DNA of 63,855 nt, filler included, from Piptocephalis cylindrospora (lineage: Eukaryota): assembly GCA_003614145.1 (NCBI GenBank). It is 4 parts of 4 records of this genome, joined end to end, with 100 filler letters (N's around TTAATTAATTAA, not from the genome) between each part and the next. Parts side by side here need not be neighbours in the genome. Positions count along the whole stretch, not along the records: positions 1 to 17,425 come from KZ987857.1; positions 17,526 to 34,910 come from KZ987858.1; 2 more parts are not named here. One strand, 5' to 3'. The translations under genes were made by a program, and so were the position numbers. Below are positions 10,955 to 23,971 of this stretch, piece after piece. Below the pieces are notes generated by a model. That model saw nothing but the letters and a program-made list of their open reading frames with translations. It was not told the origin of the DNA and searched no databases. Numbering within the stretch: the first letter of the stretch is position 1; each line of letters begins with the position of its first letter.

Positions 10955-12253
10955 CTAAAACAGCCGATGGCTCTTGACCATCCTTCCTTGAAATGCGTGT
11001 TGCTCTCTGAGGAGAATCTCACGGAAGGAATCCCAGCGGGGATGTCTACATCGCTTAATCAAACGATCATACAAGTGAGCAGAGGCGGGGTGCCGTAGCT
11101 CCCGTCGCATCTGGACAAAGAGTTCTGCAGCACGATGAATATGAAGCCTGTCTCGAGAAAGACGGAGGATAAGATGCTCGTAGCATGAGGCATCTAGAGG
11201 GACATCCCTGGCTTGCATGATCTGATAGACCTCGGCAGAGAGCTCAGCCGGGGCCAGAGCCAGGGAGTGAAAGGCCAAGCGGAAGGATCGAGGTCGAGGC
11301 CACGGTCTACCCCGGAGAGAGGGAAATAACTTTACGGGGTCCTTGAGGAGCTTGAGCATCTCATTCACCATATCGCTGTCTCCCAGGGTCAGGACCAGAG
11401 CATCCATCAATTGAGGAGTCAGGTCGTCGTGTGCATCCAGATCCTGTAGAAGCTGGATGGCCATCTTTCCCTTACGGGCCTTTCCATAAGCCTGGATCCG
11501 GAGAAGTGTCCCGTATCCACCCAAGGGGTACCCTGCTTGTCGGGCCTGATTTAGGACTTTTTCCAGGTCCAAAAAGTTACGCGATTGGGCATGTGCATGC
11601 GCATAGGCCTGCCAGGCCCATAGACCTGGAACAACCCTACCCTGCTCCATGGTCTTCCACAGCTCCTTGACCTCTTGGGTGCGGCCCATACGAGCCTTGG
11701 CCTTGAGGAGGGTGGTCCAATCCTGTAGATCGCTTTCACCATGGTAATCCAGGGATTGGTGGAGGACGCTAATATTATTCTCTCGATCCAAGGTTTGCTG
11801 GGGGCCTGCATATCCTCGTGGTCGGTATAAAGCCATTGCGCCCCGGATAACCTCAACCGTACCCTGGTCTGGGGACGAAGTTAATGATGGCATAATTAGG
11901 GAAACTCCTTCTTCCGATCGATCGCTCAGGGCTTTGTAAGCTGGCCATAAATGTGCTGGGACATTGGAGGCGAAGGGTACTGTCGGGGAGCGGATGGGCG
12001 AAGAGGAGGGTGTGATGGTAGTGAAGGGCGACGTGTAAGATGGGGGAGTGGTACTGTCCACCGAATCTCTCCTTGGCCTTCTAGAGGCATTCCGAACTTC
12101 GACAGGATCCACGTCCAGACGAAAAGGTACATAGGTAGTCAGGGCTCGTGGTGTCATCCAGACACAGTTGGGATGGCCAGGTTGAATCAAAGGGATCTGC
12201 CGTCTGCCACCTTTAACCCTCTGCAGGGATTGTAGGGAGAAGGGAGGCCGCAT
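10955..12253 (-). CDS. Pentatricopeptide-repeat-like protein, probably mitochondrial
   Basis: Degenerate helical repeats of about 35 aa (WTTLLKAKARMGRTQEVKELWKTMEQGRVVPG; CYEHLILRLSR...AAELFVQMRRELRHPAS; LYDRLIKRC) and an Arg-rich N-terminus. Confidence 0.65.
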   Translation of the reverse strand: MRPPFSLQSLQRVKGGRRQIPLIQPGHPNCVWMTPRALTTYVPFRLDVDPVEVRNASRRPRRDSVDSTTPPSYTSPFTTITPSSSPIRSPTVPFASNVPAHLWPAYKALSDRSEEGVSLIMPSLTSSPDQGTVEVIRGAMALYRPRGYAGPQQTLDRENNISVLHQSLDYHGESDLQDWTTLLKAKARMGRTQEVKELWKTMEQGRVVPGLWAWQAYAHAHAQSRNFLDLEKVLNQARQAGYPLGGYGTLLRIQAYGKARKGKMAIQLLQDLDAHDDLTPQLMDALVLTLGDSDMVNEMLKLLKDPVKLFPSLRGRPWPRPRSFRLAFHSLALAPAELSAEVYQIMQARDVPLDASCYEHLILRLSRDRLHIHRAAELFVQMRRELRHPASAHLYDRLIKRCRHPRWDSFREILLREQHAFQGRMVKSHRLF

Positions 12254-12742
12254 TTCGACGGGATGGGTGGATCTGACCCTGGGAGGGAAGTTGAACGATG
12301 GAGAGAGAGAGGGGGGGGGGATGTTTTGAGGCTGACCTTATTTTGAGAGAGATACTCAAGTTCCGAGGATAATGCTTATCAATCACCCTTCATAGCGGCG
12401 AGTAGTGCCCAAACCCTCAAAAAAAAGAACGTTCTTGAAATTACTTATTGTCATCCACTTTTTGCTGTGTAAGTTTTGTCTGCAACGGGAGATGGGGTGG
12501 GGGGTACGATATTGTGTGTTGATTGGCTCAAGATGCACACGAGAAGTAGAGTGTGGGGGAAAGGGGATTGAAGAGAGGGCATGCGTCTAACCTCCCGCGT
12601 ATAAAGGCCGTGAATGAGTGGGTCTGACCCGGGACGAAACCCTTCTATCCCTTCCTCCTACCTCTCCTCCATTCACTCATCTTTACTCCACCCTTCCGCT
12701 CTCTTCTTGTAAAACCAACCTGTTCACCCCACATTGTGTGCC

Positions 12743-13519
12743 ATGACACGCCAAATCTCCTCTCGACAGGGAAAACCCTCTCAGCTACACGACCCGAACC
12801 CGTCATCCTCAGACACGGATGATGACGATTATGATCCCACTCGAGGTAAACAAACCAAAATCTCTGGGGGGACTGCTCCTTTTCTTTTACTTTCTGACAC
12901 TATATATCCTCAACACGTAGAGACTGTGAGTGAAGACGAAGATGTGTTGGAGGAAGACATGTTTAATGGTAAACGAAAGAGGGGAGAGGAGCAAGAAGAA
13001 GAAGAGGAAGAAAAGGCAGAGGAGCGAAAGCGTCGGGTCGAGGCCCTATGGGCCATGATGAATCAGAATAATGTGCCCTCCACCTCTTCCCATGTTCCTT
13101 CTGTGGATGATAAGGAAGGAAAAGTTCCATCCACCATGGTAACTCCCGACTCAGCACCATCAAACCCGGTTCCAACCAAGGAATTACCCTCCTTGGCCGT
13201 ACCAGCAGCCCTGAAGGAAAAATCCACGCCTTCACCTCCCCCCCCACATCCCCAGTCAGTAAAGGGGCCTCCTCGGCGGACAAAGTCTTCGTTGGCAGAT
13301 CGAGCAGCTGCTTTGTCTGGTCGTCGAAAGGGTTCATCGACCCTGGAACGATCCCGGTTGCAATGGATCATGCATGCCGAGACCTCTGGGATACGAGATG
13401 CTTTGGAACATCATAACAAGGACGGGTACATTGAGCGACAATCCTTCTTACAGCGCGCCGAGACCCGTCGACATGACCAGCTCAAGGATCAGACCAAGGA
13501 TGGAAGCAGATCCAAGTAG
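12743..13519 (+). CDS. SWC5: SWR1-complex subunit Swc5/CFDP1 (BCNT-C domain)
   Basis: Acidic N-terminus DDDDYDP and BCNT domain STLERSRLQW...GIRDALEHHNKDGYIERQSFLQR. Probable in-frame 75-nt intron at 12846-12920. Confidence 0.85.
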   Translation: MTRQISSRQGKPSQLHDPNPSSSDTDDDDYDPTRGKQTKISGGTAPFLLLSDTIYPQHVETVSEDEDVLEEDMFNGKRKRGEEQEEEEEEKAEERKRRVEALWAMMNQNNVPSTSSHVPSVDDKEGKVPSTMVTPDSAPSNPVPTKELPSLAVPAALKEKSTPSPPPPHPQSVKGPPRRTKSSLADRAAALSGRRKGSSTLERSRLQWIMHAETSGIRDALEHHNKDGYIERQSFLQRAETRRHDQLKDQTKDGSRSK

Positions 13520-13812
13520 ATGAAATGTGTATGAACTATTTAAAAAAACAGCAACCTCGTATCCCTTCTGATTTAATGTCTTGAGAGAGAGAGAACAAAA
13601 AGGGAGATATACTGCATCTATCGACATCTGAACAACCACAACGACAAACCCTTCTCCTAATATCCACATCAACCAGAGGCCTTGACCAGTGCATCCCCTC
13701 TCCCCTCTCCCACTCCCACTCCAAAGCTCCTTCATCTACATAGGCACAGGCCCACACAAACTGCATCCCTACCCCAAGCCCCATGGGTCCAGGAGGAGGA
13801 TGAGGAGGATGA

Positions 13813-16097
13813 CTAGTAACTACGACCAAAGAGAGCCCACGTTCGGGCATCGGCGCCGCACCCGACGCACTTGGTCTCACCAGGGACAATGGCATCGGGG
13901 CCCGAGGGCTGCTCAAAGGGGATGCACAAGCTCTTGGCGCCCATGCTGGGGGCCTTCTCATCCTGGGGCTCATCGTCGGAGGAGGCACTCCGGGCGCTCC
14001 GGTCCTTGATGTTATCCTCGCACTCGGGGCTCTCACACCAGGGAAGGAGAAGGAGATTACGGCCTTCGAGGGTGGGGACAACATTTTCCCACTCTCGGAC
14101 CTTGACGATGCGCTCGGACAGTGTCTTCTTGGCACGGGCCAGCATATCCGCCTGGATGGTGGTGAGGAGGTCGGGGACACGGGTGACCAGACTATCGAGG
14201 GCCAAGGGAGCCTTCTCTCCAGTATCACGACGACTGGACATAACAGATTGCTTCTCTAGGTCCTTGGGACCGATTTCCAGACGAAGAGGCACACCCCGAA
14301 GTTCCCAGTGATTGAACTTGTACCCGGGGGTGTAATTGTCTCGGAGATCAGCACGGGCCTTGACCTTGGCGCGCTTCAGGGCGACCACCACCTCATTGGC
14401 CTTAGCCTCGACGGCCCTACGCACGTCGTCGGAGGTGGAGGCAGTCAGGCCACAGGGGATGACGATGACCTGAGTTTGGGCAACACGTGGAGGCAGGACT
14501 AGACCCTTATCATCTCCATGGACCATGACCATGACGCCGATAGTACGGGTGGTGATACCCCAGGAGTTCTGCCAAACATGGAGCTTTTCGGCGCCCTCAG
14601 TACCAGCGTTCTCGGGGTCCTCAACGACGATGTTGAACATTTTGGCAAAGTTTTGACCCAGGCAATGGCTGGTACCGCCCTGGATGGCACGACCAGTGGC
14701 GGGGATGAAGCCTTCGACGGTAGTGGTGTAGAGACCACCGGCGAACTTTTCATTCTCACTCTTGACCCCGGGAACAACAGGGACGGCCAAGAGATCCTCA
14801 TAGACCTGACGATACAGGTCAAGGATTTCACGAACCTCGATGTCGGCTCCCTTCTTGGTGAGATGGGCGGTATGACCCTCTTGCCAGAGGAATTCACGGG
14901 TGCGGAGGAAGGGCTGGGGGTTCTTGAACTCCCATCGCACAACATTGCACCATTGGTTGACGCGAAGAGGCAGGTCACGATGAGAGCGGATCCATTTGGC
15001 AAAGTAGGGGTACATGACGGTCTCAGAGGTGGGACGGATGGCGATGGGCTCCTCCAGATCCGAATTTCCGGCCTTGGTGACCCAGGCGACCTCGGGGGCG
15101 AAGCCCTCGATATGGTCCTTTTCGCGCTCGAGGACCTTGTTGGAGACAAACATTGGGAAGTAGGTATCTTCGATGCCCATCTCCAGGATGGCCTCATCGA
15201 AAAAGTTGGTGATCTCCCTCCAGACGTTGTAGGCCAGAGGGCGGATGATGTAGCACCCACTGACATCGTAGTAATCAAGCATCTCACTACGGGTCAGGAC
15301 ACGTGCTGTGGCCTGTGGGAAAATCGCCCGACTTTTTGGCCTCCACACCTATCTTGGCCGTGCCTGAAATCTCCTCATCCGCAGGGACGGAGGCCTTTCC
15401 AGCCTTTTTTTCCTTCTTCTCTTTCTTACCCGCCTCAACGGGCTTGGAGACAGTGACCTTGGCAACCGAGGCTAGGGCAATTTCCGCAAAATCGGCCTCG
15501 ACGTGCTGAACGCCTAGATGAGCAAGGATAGCGGGGATCTGCGAACCGCTGAGGAAGACGGTGTCGGTGGAGGAGGAGGCACGAAGGGCTACGGGGCTTT
15601 CGGAGCCCAAAAGAGCCTTATCCACAACGACATGGACCGTGGGGTATTTGGCTGAATCGATCTGACCGAGAGGGAAGATGGAGACTATTAGGGGGAGAGA
15701 GGGATGAGATGGAGGAGGTAAACATAGCAAGAGAGAGAGATATCACTCAAAGAAAAGACTTACCGGCCTCTTTGGGGACGCCAAAGGCATCTACTAACAA
15801 GTCCTCCGAGGCCAGGCGACCCTCTTTGGCACCGACAAGCTTGCAAGCGGCAGTTAGATTGACAGAGGTGGCTTCGAGGGCAAGGATGACGACGGGGGTG
15901 GGCAGGGCGGACTTTGCGGTCTTGGGCTTGACAACCAGAGTCTTGGTCAGCAAGTGGTCCGGAGGACAGGAACCGGAGGAGGGGGAAGCTAGGGCGGAGG
16001 CCCAGCTGGCCGCGTCGGTGACCGCCGAATGGTGGACCAAGGTGGGGGAGAGGGAAAGGGCTTGGAAATAGGCCTGCACCTTGGCAAGGTCGGTCAT
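13813..16097 (-). CDS. Cytosolic prolyl-tRNA synthetase with N-terminal YbaK/ProX-like domain; apparent frameshift near 15310
   Basis: HIEGFAPEVAWVT, IAIRPTSET, QWCNVVRWE...PFLRTREFLWQEGHT, GAKSLCIPFEQP and terminal LFGRSY*. Intron at 15685-15763. The frame changes between ORFs 15287-15730 and 13813-15348. Confidence 0.95.
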
Positions 16098-16752
16098 GCT
16101 ACTGTCAGGATCTGGGAGTGGGGGGGTGAACAAGATGAAGAGGTGAAGGGATGGAGCGGGTCAAGAAACGTGCTGTGGCCTGTGGGATGGGGGAAGAAAA
16201 GAGGGGGGGTGAAGGATTGAAGGAAAATTACTGGTAAGGCGGAGCTTTAGTTAAGGTGAGAGTAGGAGGAGTGCGGGCGGGTTGGGTTCTGGTGAAGGAA
16301 AAAGAAAGGCTGGGCGGTCGAGTGTGAGTGTGAGCATGAGTGTGAAAGTGAGTGTGAAAGTGATAATTTGTGTATGGTTGGATAAGGGGGCAATAGAGGA
16401 GAGCGAGGTGTGTGTAGCTGCGAGTGGTGTTGAACAGAGGTTGCACTAAAAGTGTGGGGAAAGATGGTTCAAGATACGTGTGTGTCCACCGGAATGGAAT
16501 GAGGGAATAGCCGAGAGCGGACGACCCTAGTCAAGTATTTCTGCTGTTAGTACATTTAGTACATTTAACATTGCTATTAAAGGGAGTCTCCTGCGCCCCG
16601 CCCAGATCATTCAGTCACCCTTCCCCGTATGGACGTGTACTGCTTTCATCAGCAGAGGAGACGGCTTTCTTGCATACTCCCGCTACCTTGGTATGGAAAT
16701 AAGCATTCATCTACTTTTTATCCCTTCCCTGACTCCCGTTTCGCGCTCAAGA

Positions 16753-17046
16753 TCATTTTTTCGTTGTGATGTTCCGATGACGTTCTTTTAGAGTAAGAGA
16801 CATGGAATTAGCCTTCTCTTTGGTCCATTGCAACCAATCTTCTTTAGTAAATTCATCCTTGCTTTGGGGAAAGACATGGGCAGGAGGGGTAGTGGTGGTT
16901 GGAATGACCTGCTTCTTCTGCCTCGATCGGTCAATCTGCGTCTGGCCCTTTTGAGTCAGATCAGGATTTGAGGTAAGTTTCCCTATACCACGGTCCATTT
17001 GACCCTTGGCATGAGAGAATTCAGAGTACAAGGTGTTCCAAGACAT
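16753..17046 (-). CDS. Small hydrophilic CsbD-like stress protein
   Basis: AKGQMDRGIGKLTSNPDLTQKGQTQ resembles the CsbD pattern KGxxKExxGKxTGNxxLxxxG. Confidence 0.5.
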   Translation of the reverse strand: MSWNTLYSEFSHAKGQMDRGIGKLTSNPDLTQKGQTQIDRSRQKKQVIPTTTTPPAHVFPQSKDEFTKEDWLQWTKEKANSMSLTLKERHRNITTKK

Positions 17047-17372
17047 ATGCGTTGACAAAGAGTACGAGGAAATGAGGAAAGTGAAAGTGAGAAGAGAAAA
17101 TGACCATCCCAAAGCTTGTCAATTTCTAGTTCATGAGATGATGATGTCTTTATACATTTTAGGACTTGGACGCACACAAGCTCCTCATAGCACACGACTG
17201 CTTGTAGGGTGGAGATCAAGGTCAGGATGAGATGAACGACATGAATAGCAACATGAGCACCCGTGCAATAATGATCTTGCTATACAATCATTACTCCTTT
17301 AGGCCATTTTTAGCAAGAAAAGATGAGCCAATGTATGCACACTACAGAATAATGACCAGCCACATGACCGCT

Positions 17373-17425
<53 letters not shown>

Positions 17426-17525
17426 NNNNNNNNNNNNNNNNNNNNNNNNNNNNNNNNNNNNNNNNNNNNTTAATTAATTAANNNNNNNNNNNNNNNNNNN
17501 NNNNNNNNNNNNNNNNNNNNNNNNN
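17426..17525. other. Artificial contig spacer (N-run with TTAATTAATTAA, stops in all six frames)
   Basis: Seen directly; exactly 100 nt. Confidence 0.97.
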
Positions 17526-17580
17526 AGCCAGGCTGATAATATTATCGCTGCTGCCAAATCTAGCCTCATTTCCTCCCCTT

Positions 17581-19975
17581 CCTCCATGGATCCTTCTGCA
17601 TCCCCCGGCTTTGTCCGAAATGTATTTGGAATTGGAAGTGGTGGCGGAGATGGTGCCCCTGGCCTTACCTCCCCTAGCCTTACCTCTCCTACTTCTTCCA
17701 AGGTACGCGCTTGTGGATGAGCTGATGGAAAGATATGTCTTTCATGGGAACGGCCTGTATTCATATTCACATTCCCTTTTCCCCATAGGCTAATCTTCCT
17801 TCATGGTTAGGACCAGGGTATGGTCCTAGAGAATTGGTGTTTAATATGGATAATCAACTCGTTGGTGGTACCTGGGAGGCGCTGGTTGAGCGCCTCACCC
17901 CCCATGACTCCACAGTTGGTACGTCTCTGTGTTCTCTTTACATGTTCTTGACCATAATGTTAAGCAGCAAACTTACACTATCTTTTCATCCCTCTCTAGA
18001 TCTTGATTATGTGGCCGTCTTTCTCCTCTCCTTTCGCCAATTTAGTAGCCCAGAGAAGCTTCTTCAGTCCCTCCTAACTCGTTTTCACATCAAGGCCCCC
18101 AATGCCTTGAAAACCGAGGAGGATAAGGACGTGTGGGAGAGACGGAAGCGGGTTCCCATTCGTCTTCGAGTCCTCAATGCCTTGAGAATGTGGCTTGAGG
18201 CCTACTTCCACGACCAGGCCGATCCGCCCATCCTCGAGCCCATGCAGGCCTTTGCCACTTCCGAGATGGAGGGGGGTACCGGTCCTGCCATGGCCGTTCA
18301 GGGTCGTAGGCTCCTCGAGGTCATTCAACGTCGTATGGAGGCCGTGAGGAAGGATGCTGCCACTATCGCTGCTGCCGAAGAGAAGAAAGATATTTCTTCA
18401 ACTTTGCCCGAAGGTACCTCCTCCCTCTTCAGCGCCAAGATTGGCGAAGGAATGGGTGCCGTTGGATCTACCACCACCCTTTCCCCCAATAGCCTCTTCC
18501 TTCCCAAACCCATTTCTTTGACGACACCCTCTTCCTCTTCTTCTGGATCCATCGGCTCAGGAGCCACTTCTTCCTCTTCTCCTACCTCTTCTATCACCGC
18601 CACCGCTACCTCCTCTTCTTCCTCTACCTCTGGAACGACAGCAGTAGCCGCTACCATTCCACCCTCCTCCGCCCCACCTTCATCCCTATCCTCTACCTCC
18701 TCTGCCTCCATCCTCACCACCTCCACTGCCTCTATGACTGCAGATATGGATGAGGATACCTCTGGGAATGGTAGTGGGTCCACGACCATCTCCAAAAGTG
18801 CCCTTAATGCCTTGAGGGCCAGAAACTTGGTGATGATCACGGATGTGGATGCTCTTGAAGTGGCCAGACAACTCACTCTCCTGGATGCCCGGTACTACTG
18901 CCGTATTGGGCCATATGAGCTAATGGGTCAAGAGTTCTCCCGGAAAGACTCCCGGATCTCCGTACACGTCCGGGCCATGAGCCAGCTGAGCACTCGGCTT
19001 ACCACTTGGGTCTGTGAGAGTATTTTGTACGAACCGGACGCCAAGAAACGGGCTCACCTCGTTCGGTACTTCCTCAAGGTTGCTGAACGCCTGGTCCAAA
19101 TCCATAATTTTCACTCCCTTTATGCCATTCTCTCCGCCCTCAACTCCTCGCCCGTTACCCGACTCCGGAAGACCTGGGATCTGGTTCCGAACAAATCCAA
19201 GCAGACCCTCACCACTCTTCGTAGACTCACTGATCATTCCCGCAACTACGCCGAATACCGTGCTCGTCTTCGAGCCTCTACTCCTCCGTGCCTCCCCTTC
19301 CTAGGTCTTTTCCTCACTGATCTAGTCTTTATCTCCGATGGCAATCCAGATCACCGATGGGCCAAGGCTATCTCGAAGGCCGGAGACGAAGGGGATCTCT
19401 CCGGCAAGGAGGGGGGGGAGGAGGGACAGGAAGGGGAAGAACCGGAGAAAGAGGGAGCGACAGGTCCCGATGATACCAAGCCTATTCTCCTCATTAACTT
19501 TGACAAGTACATCAAAGCAGTCCGGGTTGTCCAGGAAGTTCAAAAGTATCAAGTGCCCCATAGATTCCAAGCCCTGCCTGAGCTCCAAGAGTATCTATGT
19601 GAGCGGATGGAGAGTAGTAAGAGCGGTGGGGATCCTCAAGAGCTTTACCGGATCAGTCAGGCCATTGAGCCTCGTCCAGGTCGGGGCGCCGGGGGAAGAG
19701 CTCCCTCGGCTTCCCTTGGCTACATCCCTCCCCAGGCGCAAGGAATCACGCCCTCAGTCTCTGTTCAGGGACGAGGAACCCGAAGTGCGACGGTTGAGGG
19801 CGTGAGCCCGGTCAAGGATTCTGATCTAAGCTCCGAGGTAAAACAAGGAGAAGTGGAAGAGAAGGTGGAGTTATCAGTGGAAAAGGCAGTCGAAGTCAGC
19901 GAGGGCGAGAAGGAAGGGGAAGGAGCAGGTTTAGAGGAAGAGAAAGCTCAAGAGAAGGAACCATCCTCCTCTTAG
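17581..19975 (+). CDS. Ras guanine-nucleotide exchange factor (REM + CDC25 domains), 5'-truncated by the contig end
   Basis: REM: LVGGTWEALVERLT...VFLLSFRQFSSPEKLL...IRLRVLNALRMWL. CDC25: EVARQLTLLD, HNFHSLYAILSALNSSPVTRLRKTW, PCLPFLGLFLTDLVFISDGNPD, LINFDK. Confidence 0.93.
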
Positions 19976-20928
19976 ATGCCTCCTTTCTGCATCTCATCCC
20001 TACCCTTAATCTTGATGTTATTTTGAACGATGAAATGAGCGCGTATCTGCGTGTCTTAATGTACCTTGCTCTCCTTATTTCACATACTGGTGTCAGCTGC
20101 TTTGTTGGTTTGTTTCATAGGGCAAACAGGGGGGTGCGGGTTGAGAAATTGGGATTTCAGAACAGGCAAGAATCAACTGCAAAATGACGCAATCCAGTCA
20201 TAGATGTAAATTATGATTAACACGTTTAATTCACTTTATTAGCGAAAATGGATACCAAACAGGCACAAATGGTACCAACATGTCGATGATTGACGATGGT
20301 ATGGCAGTAAGGGATGGATGTGAAGTGGCAGAAAGGGATATGTCACATCGTCTTGAACTTAGAGCTAGCTGATGAGCCATTTAGTTGTACTTTTCCTTTC
20401 GATGGGTAAGATCACCAGAGCTTGGAATGGTGCGTATTTTTCATCTTTGGGGAGGGTTCGGCGTTGGATCTGGGCTTAAGGTGACATGGGCTTTGGTGTC
20501 AAAAGGTATTCTCTGTCCATGGGGGAGTTTTTGTATATTACAGGGCCTTTGTCAAATAAAGAATGATCGTGTTCATGATAAAGTTTGCAATAAAGGTTCG
20601 TCAAGCCTCCACTTGTAGGAGTCGAATCCCTACTCATAAATGCATATGCAGCTGGAATCGGATCGAGTTATGCTTTTCGATAAGGCATGTCAAAGCCAAC
20701 TCATTGGATTCATGCTCCTATCCGAACTTTACTGCATCCTCGCCATGTCATGTCTTTTGCAGTAGTAACAAATATTTAACATGCGTTTCAACTACCAGTG
20801 AAAGGCAATGAACAAGATTTATTGGTCAATGCCTAAAAGAAGATAAAATGCCTCTGAACCCACATTTTGATGGGGTTTCATTACATCCATCTTCTCTCTC
20901 CACCAGCACATCACTTGACTGTGCACTC

Positions 20929-22273
20929 TTACTTGGCGCTGACATTGATCTCTGAGGGGTTGAGAGAGGCCATCATGGCCCCCAGTGTATACGTGATCTT
21001 CTTGACATCACCAGCATCATCCGAGAAGGTAATGGGACGATCAGCTGGGATGTGGAAGCCATCGATCAGGAGAACGGCAGCAAACATGCCCTGGAAGCAG
21101 ACGAGGGAGGGATCATCCATGTCTTTGGCCCACTCATCCTTAGCCTCATCGGCCGACATAGAAGGGCATTTCTCGGCTGTGGCATCCAAAAGGCATTTGG
21201 CGGAGGACTCGTCCGAGTCGCACCCGAAAGCCTTGGCCAGATCGGCAAAATTATTAGTAGCCTGAATTGACATACCTGAAGGGATTTCGGGCTGAAAGGC
21301 GCCCTGGACGGCACAAGGCTTCTGAGTGCAAGCGCTCTTGAGGCCAAGGGTAGCACGTAGGGCAGTCAAGCACCCTTTGACGTCGCCGGTCCCGGAGAGG
21401 GTGACGCTGCCGCCCTTGGAGGAGGTTCCCTTGACGCTATCGCCCTTAAGGCCACATGGATCTTTGACGGAGGAACCCCCCCGAGCCAATGAGGGTGTCA
21501 ATGTACTTGATACGCGCTGCATCAGCCCCAAAGCCTAGGTAAGAGTGAGTGTATAGGGATGTTTTAGAACCTCCCAGACTCAGGGTCGTAGCGTAGGCGG
21601 CAGGAACAGTGGAAGGGACGGAAAAGGTAATCTGGGTAGAAGAACCTCCCATGGCAATGGCAGCAATGGAGGATTTGCCACCTAAGGTGTCAGAGAGGGA
21701 GTTGAGGGCCATCCACCCATACACACCCTCCTGAGCCCCGGTGATGATGGTGGCAGCCTTCGTCGGGGAGGCCTTGAAAGGGGAGGAAATGAGGCTAGAT
21801 TTGGCAGCAGCGATAATATTATCAGCCTGGCTTCCCGGAAGGAGACGAAGACCAGCAGTGGCCATGAGCTGTACGGTAGTCTCGGCCCTAGCAGACTTGG
21901 GAATAACCTTAGAGATACCATCGATTAGCTTACCCATATACTTTTTAATCTCCCCAGGAGGAGTGGAAGAAAGACCAGGCTTGAGCTTGACAGAAAAGGG
22001 CTTATCGTCATCCATGACGGTCTCCACCTTATCGGGGGAGCCCTCACTCCAGCTGTAGGCAAAAGCCCGAGTCCCACCAGACCCCGCATCCATGATAATG
22101 CCATACGTTTTCCCGGATGAATCTGAGGCGGAGGCGTCATCCCCATCATCGGTGGAAGAATCCTCGCTACCACTATCGTCGTCGTCGTCGTCATCATGTT
22201 TTTTGGGCGCGGCCAGGGCCAGCACAGGAAGGGAGAGGAGAGATAGGGCAAGAAGTAACTTGACTGACACCAT
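20929..22273 (-). CDS. Secreted GDA1/CD39-family apyrase (NTPDase), copy 1; +1 frameshift in a C7 run at 21476-21482; degenerate ACR4/ACR5
   Basis: Signal peptide MVSVKLLLALSLLSLPVLALA. ACR1 DAGSGGTR, ACR2 ATAGLRLL, ACR3 ITGAQEGVYGW, ACR4 AMGGSSTQ, LYTHSYLGFG, ACR5 YTLGA. Removing one base joins the two ORFs as IGSGGSSVKDPC. Confidence 0.88.
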
Positions 22274-23971
22274 AATAGAAAACAGAGGGAAGGTTGAGAA
22301 GGTGGGAAATGATGTGGCTTGCTTTGAAGGGAGAGGTAGTAGATACACAGAACCAGCTGTGCGAATGGTGGATTGGATTGGGGAGAGGGGGATATAGACT
22401 TGGAGTAATTGGGAAGGTGTTTGGAAGGAGGCGAAGGAGAAACAGGGAAGAAGCTGCGCCTTGGCCTTTACTTATACCTGAGAGTTCGTGTTGAAACATG
22501 ATGTGGGGGAGGACCCAAGTGCTCAGTATCCGTCGATGGCTCTCACCGATATGTCTCACGGGACCCCCAGAAGGTCATTGGTTATAGGGCTCTGTGGAAT
22601 TTATTATCAGGCTTGCGGGCCTACTTGAAGCTCAAAACTCCGCTTGCAGGAGAATGGCGGAGTTTTTCTTGCCACGGATCTGCCTAGCACTCAAAGCGGA
22701 CTTATGATTTTTCTTCGTTGACAGAGCTAGGAATTGGTTGGGATGTTGTGGGGCTTGTCAACACCTCCACCGCAGTACAGTATATACACCCAGTTTGCGT
22801 ATTGATACAAAAGTGACAGTGTCTATTCAGAGAGTAAATTCGGGATTTCATTATCCTATTGGTGCACTCAGATCGAGTAAATAGACAAGAATTAGAGGAG
22901 GAAAGAGGTATAATGTGTTGCAATCTGGCACAATAGCCCACCAGAATCACCCCTATTTTTTAGGGGAATCTACAGCGTGGACCGTATCACAAAACACACA
23001 CCGAGGAGGAAGCCAGAGTCAGGGAGAAAAGGCCCATAGAGAGCGCCAGTATCTTGAGGAGTCGGGAGAAGAAAAGGTCCAAGGATAGAAGCCAAAGGGA
23101 TGTGGGGAAATACTTGGAGACGAGCATTTGTTGAAAAACTGCAAGAATTAGTGTGTAGGAAATGGCGATCATCTCATGGCGGAATTTGGAGAGTTTGTGG
23201 TTTGATTTTGGTGATTTTAACCAGAGCTTGGCCTTCTTTGTCTTGAGGAATCTTGAATCGACAAAATGGAACTTGGTGATGTGCTCTTAACTGGAAGCCG
23301 ATTCTTATCGAGGGGCGAAGGCTTGGGGCGTTTGAGTGAGGATCGGGCTGAGGTTTCCGTTAGAATAGGGGTAAAGCTATATGGGGTTTAAGGACAATCT
23401 TGACCTTTATCATACGTGGCTAAGGGAGATCTGAGGTCAGGGTAAGCACTCCTTTGCGCATAGTAAGCGCTACACAACAATATCCTCTTTCATTTTCATT
23501 TTGAAAAACATATTGTTATTGGTATTAGAGCATGAATGGACATATCACCCATCCTATCTCACTTTCCATCCAAGCAGAGATTGCGAGATGACTCGGGGTG
23601 CGAGTACTCTAACCTAATGGGTGCTCTTGATGCACCCCCATCCTTTCCTTGATTGATGACGATCAGTTCTTGCTACTAATAGAATAGGCCCATTGGATTT
23701 CATTGGTGGAAGGAAATAGAGCATAATGTTCTGTAACACTTGCAAGCCCAGTATGAACGCTAGTGGCTCTCACTATACCTATGTACTTGGTGTGCTGCCT
23801 CGAGAAAATGGATATGACCAAGCTGTTTGCCGATCGTTGGGACATGGTATCCCACTCATCTCCTTAGATGTAAGAAATGGAAATGTGAAATATAATGTAT
23901 ATTACTCAGATCGCGCCATACACCCAGGGGGCCCACAGGAGCCGCTCCTTTGTATCTACTGCTCCAGTTGT

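Noticed and set aside
17526..17580. 55-bp perfect inverted copy of apyrase 1 sequence (21778-21832) at the contig start
   Set aside because: It sits exactly at a contig end and is fused into the RasGEF gene. This is the typical signature of an amplification inversion chimera, not a terminal inverted repeat.
20614..20634. GTAGGAGTCGAATCCCTAC resembling a tRNA T-arm
   Set aside because: It lacks the TTC loop, and there is no D-arm, anticodon arm or acceptor stem.
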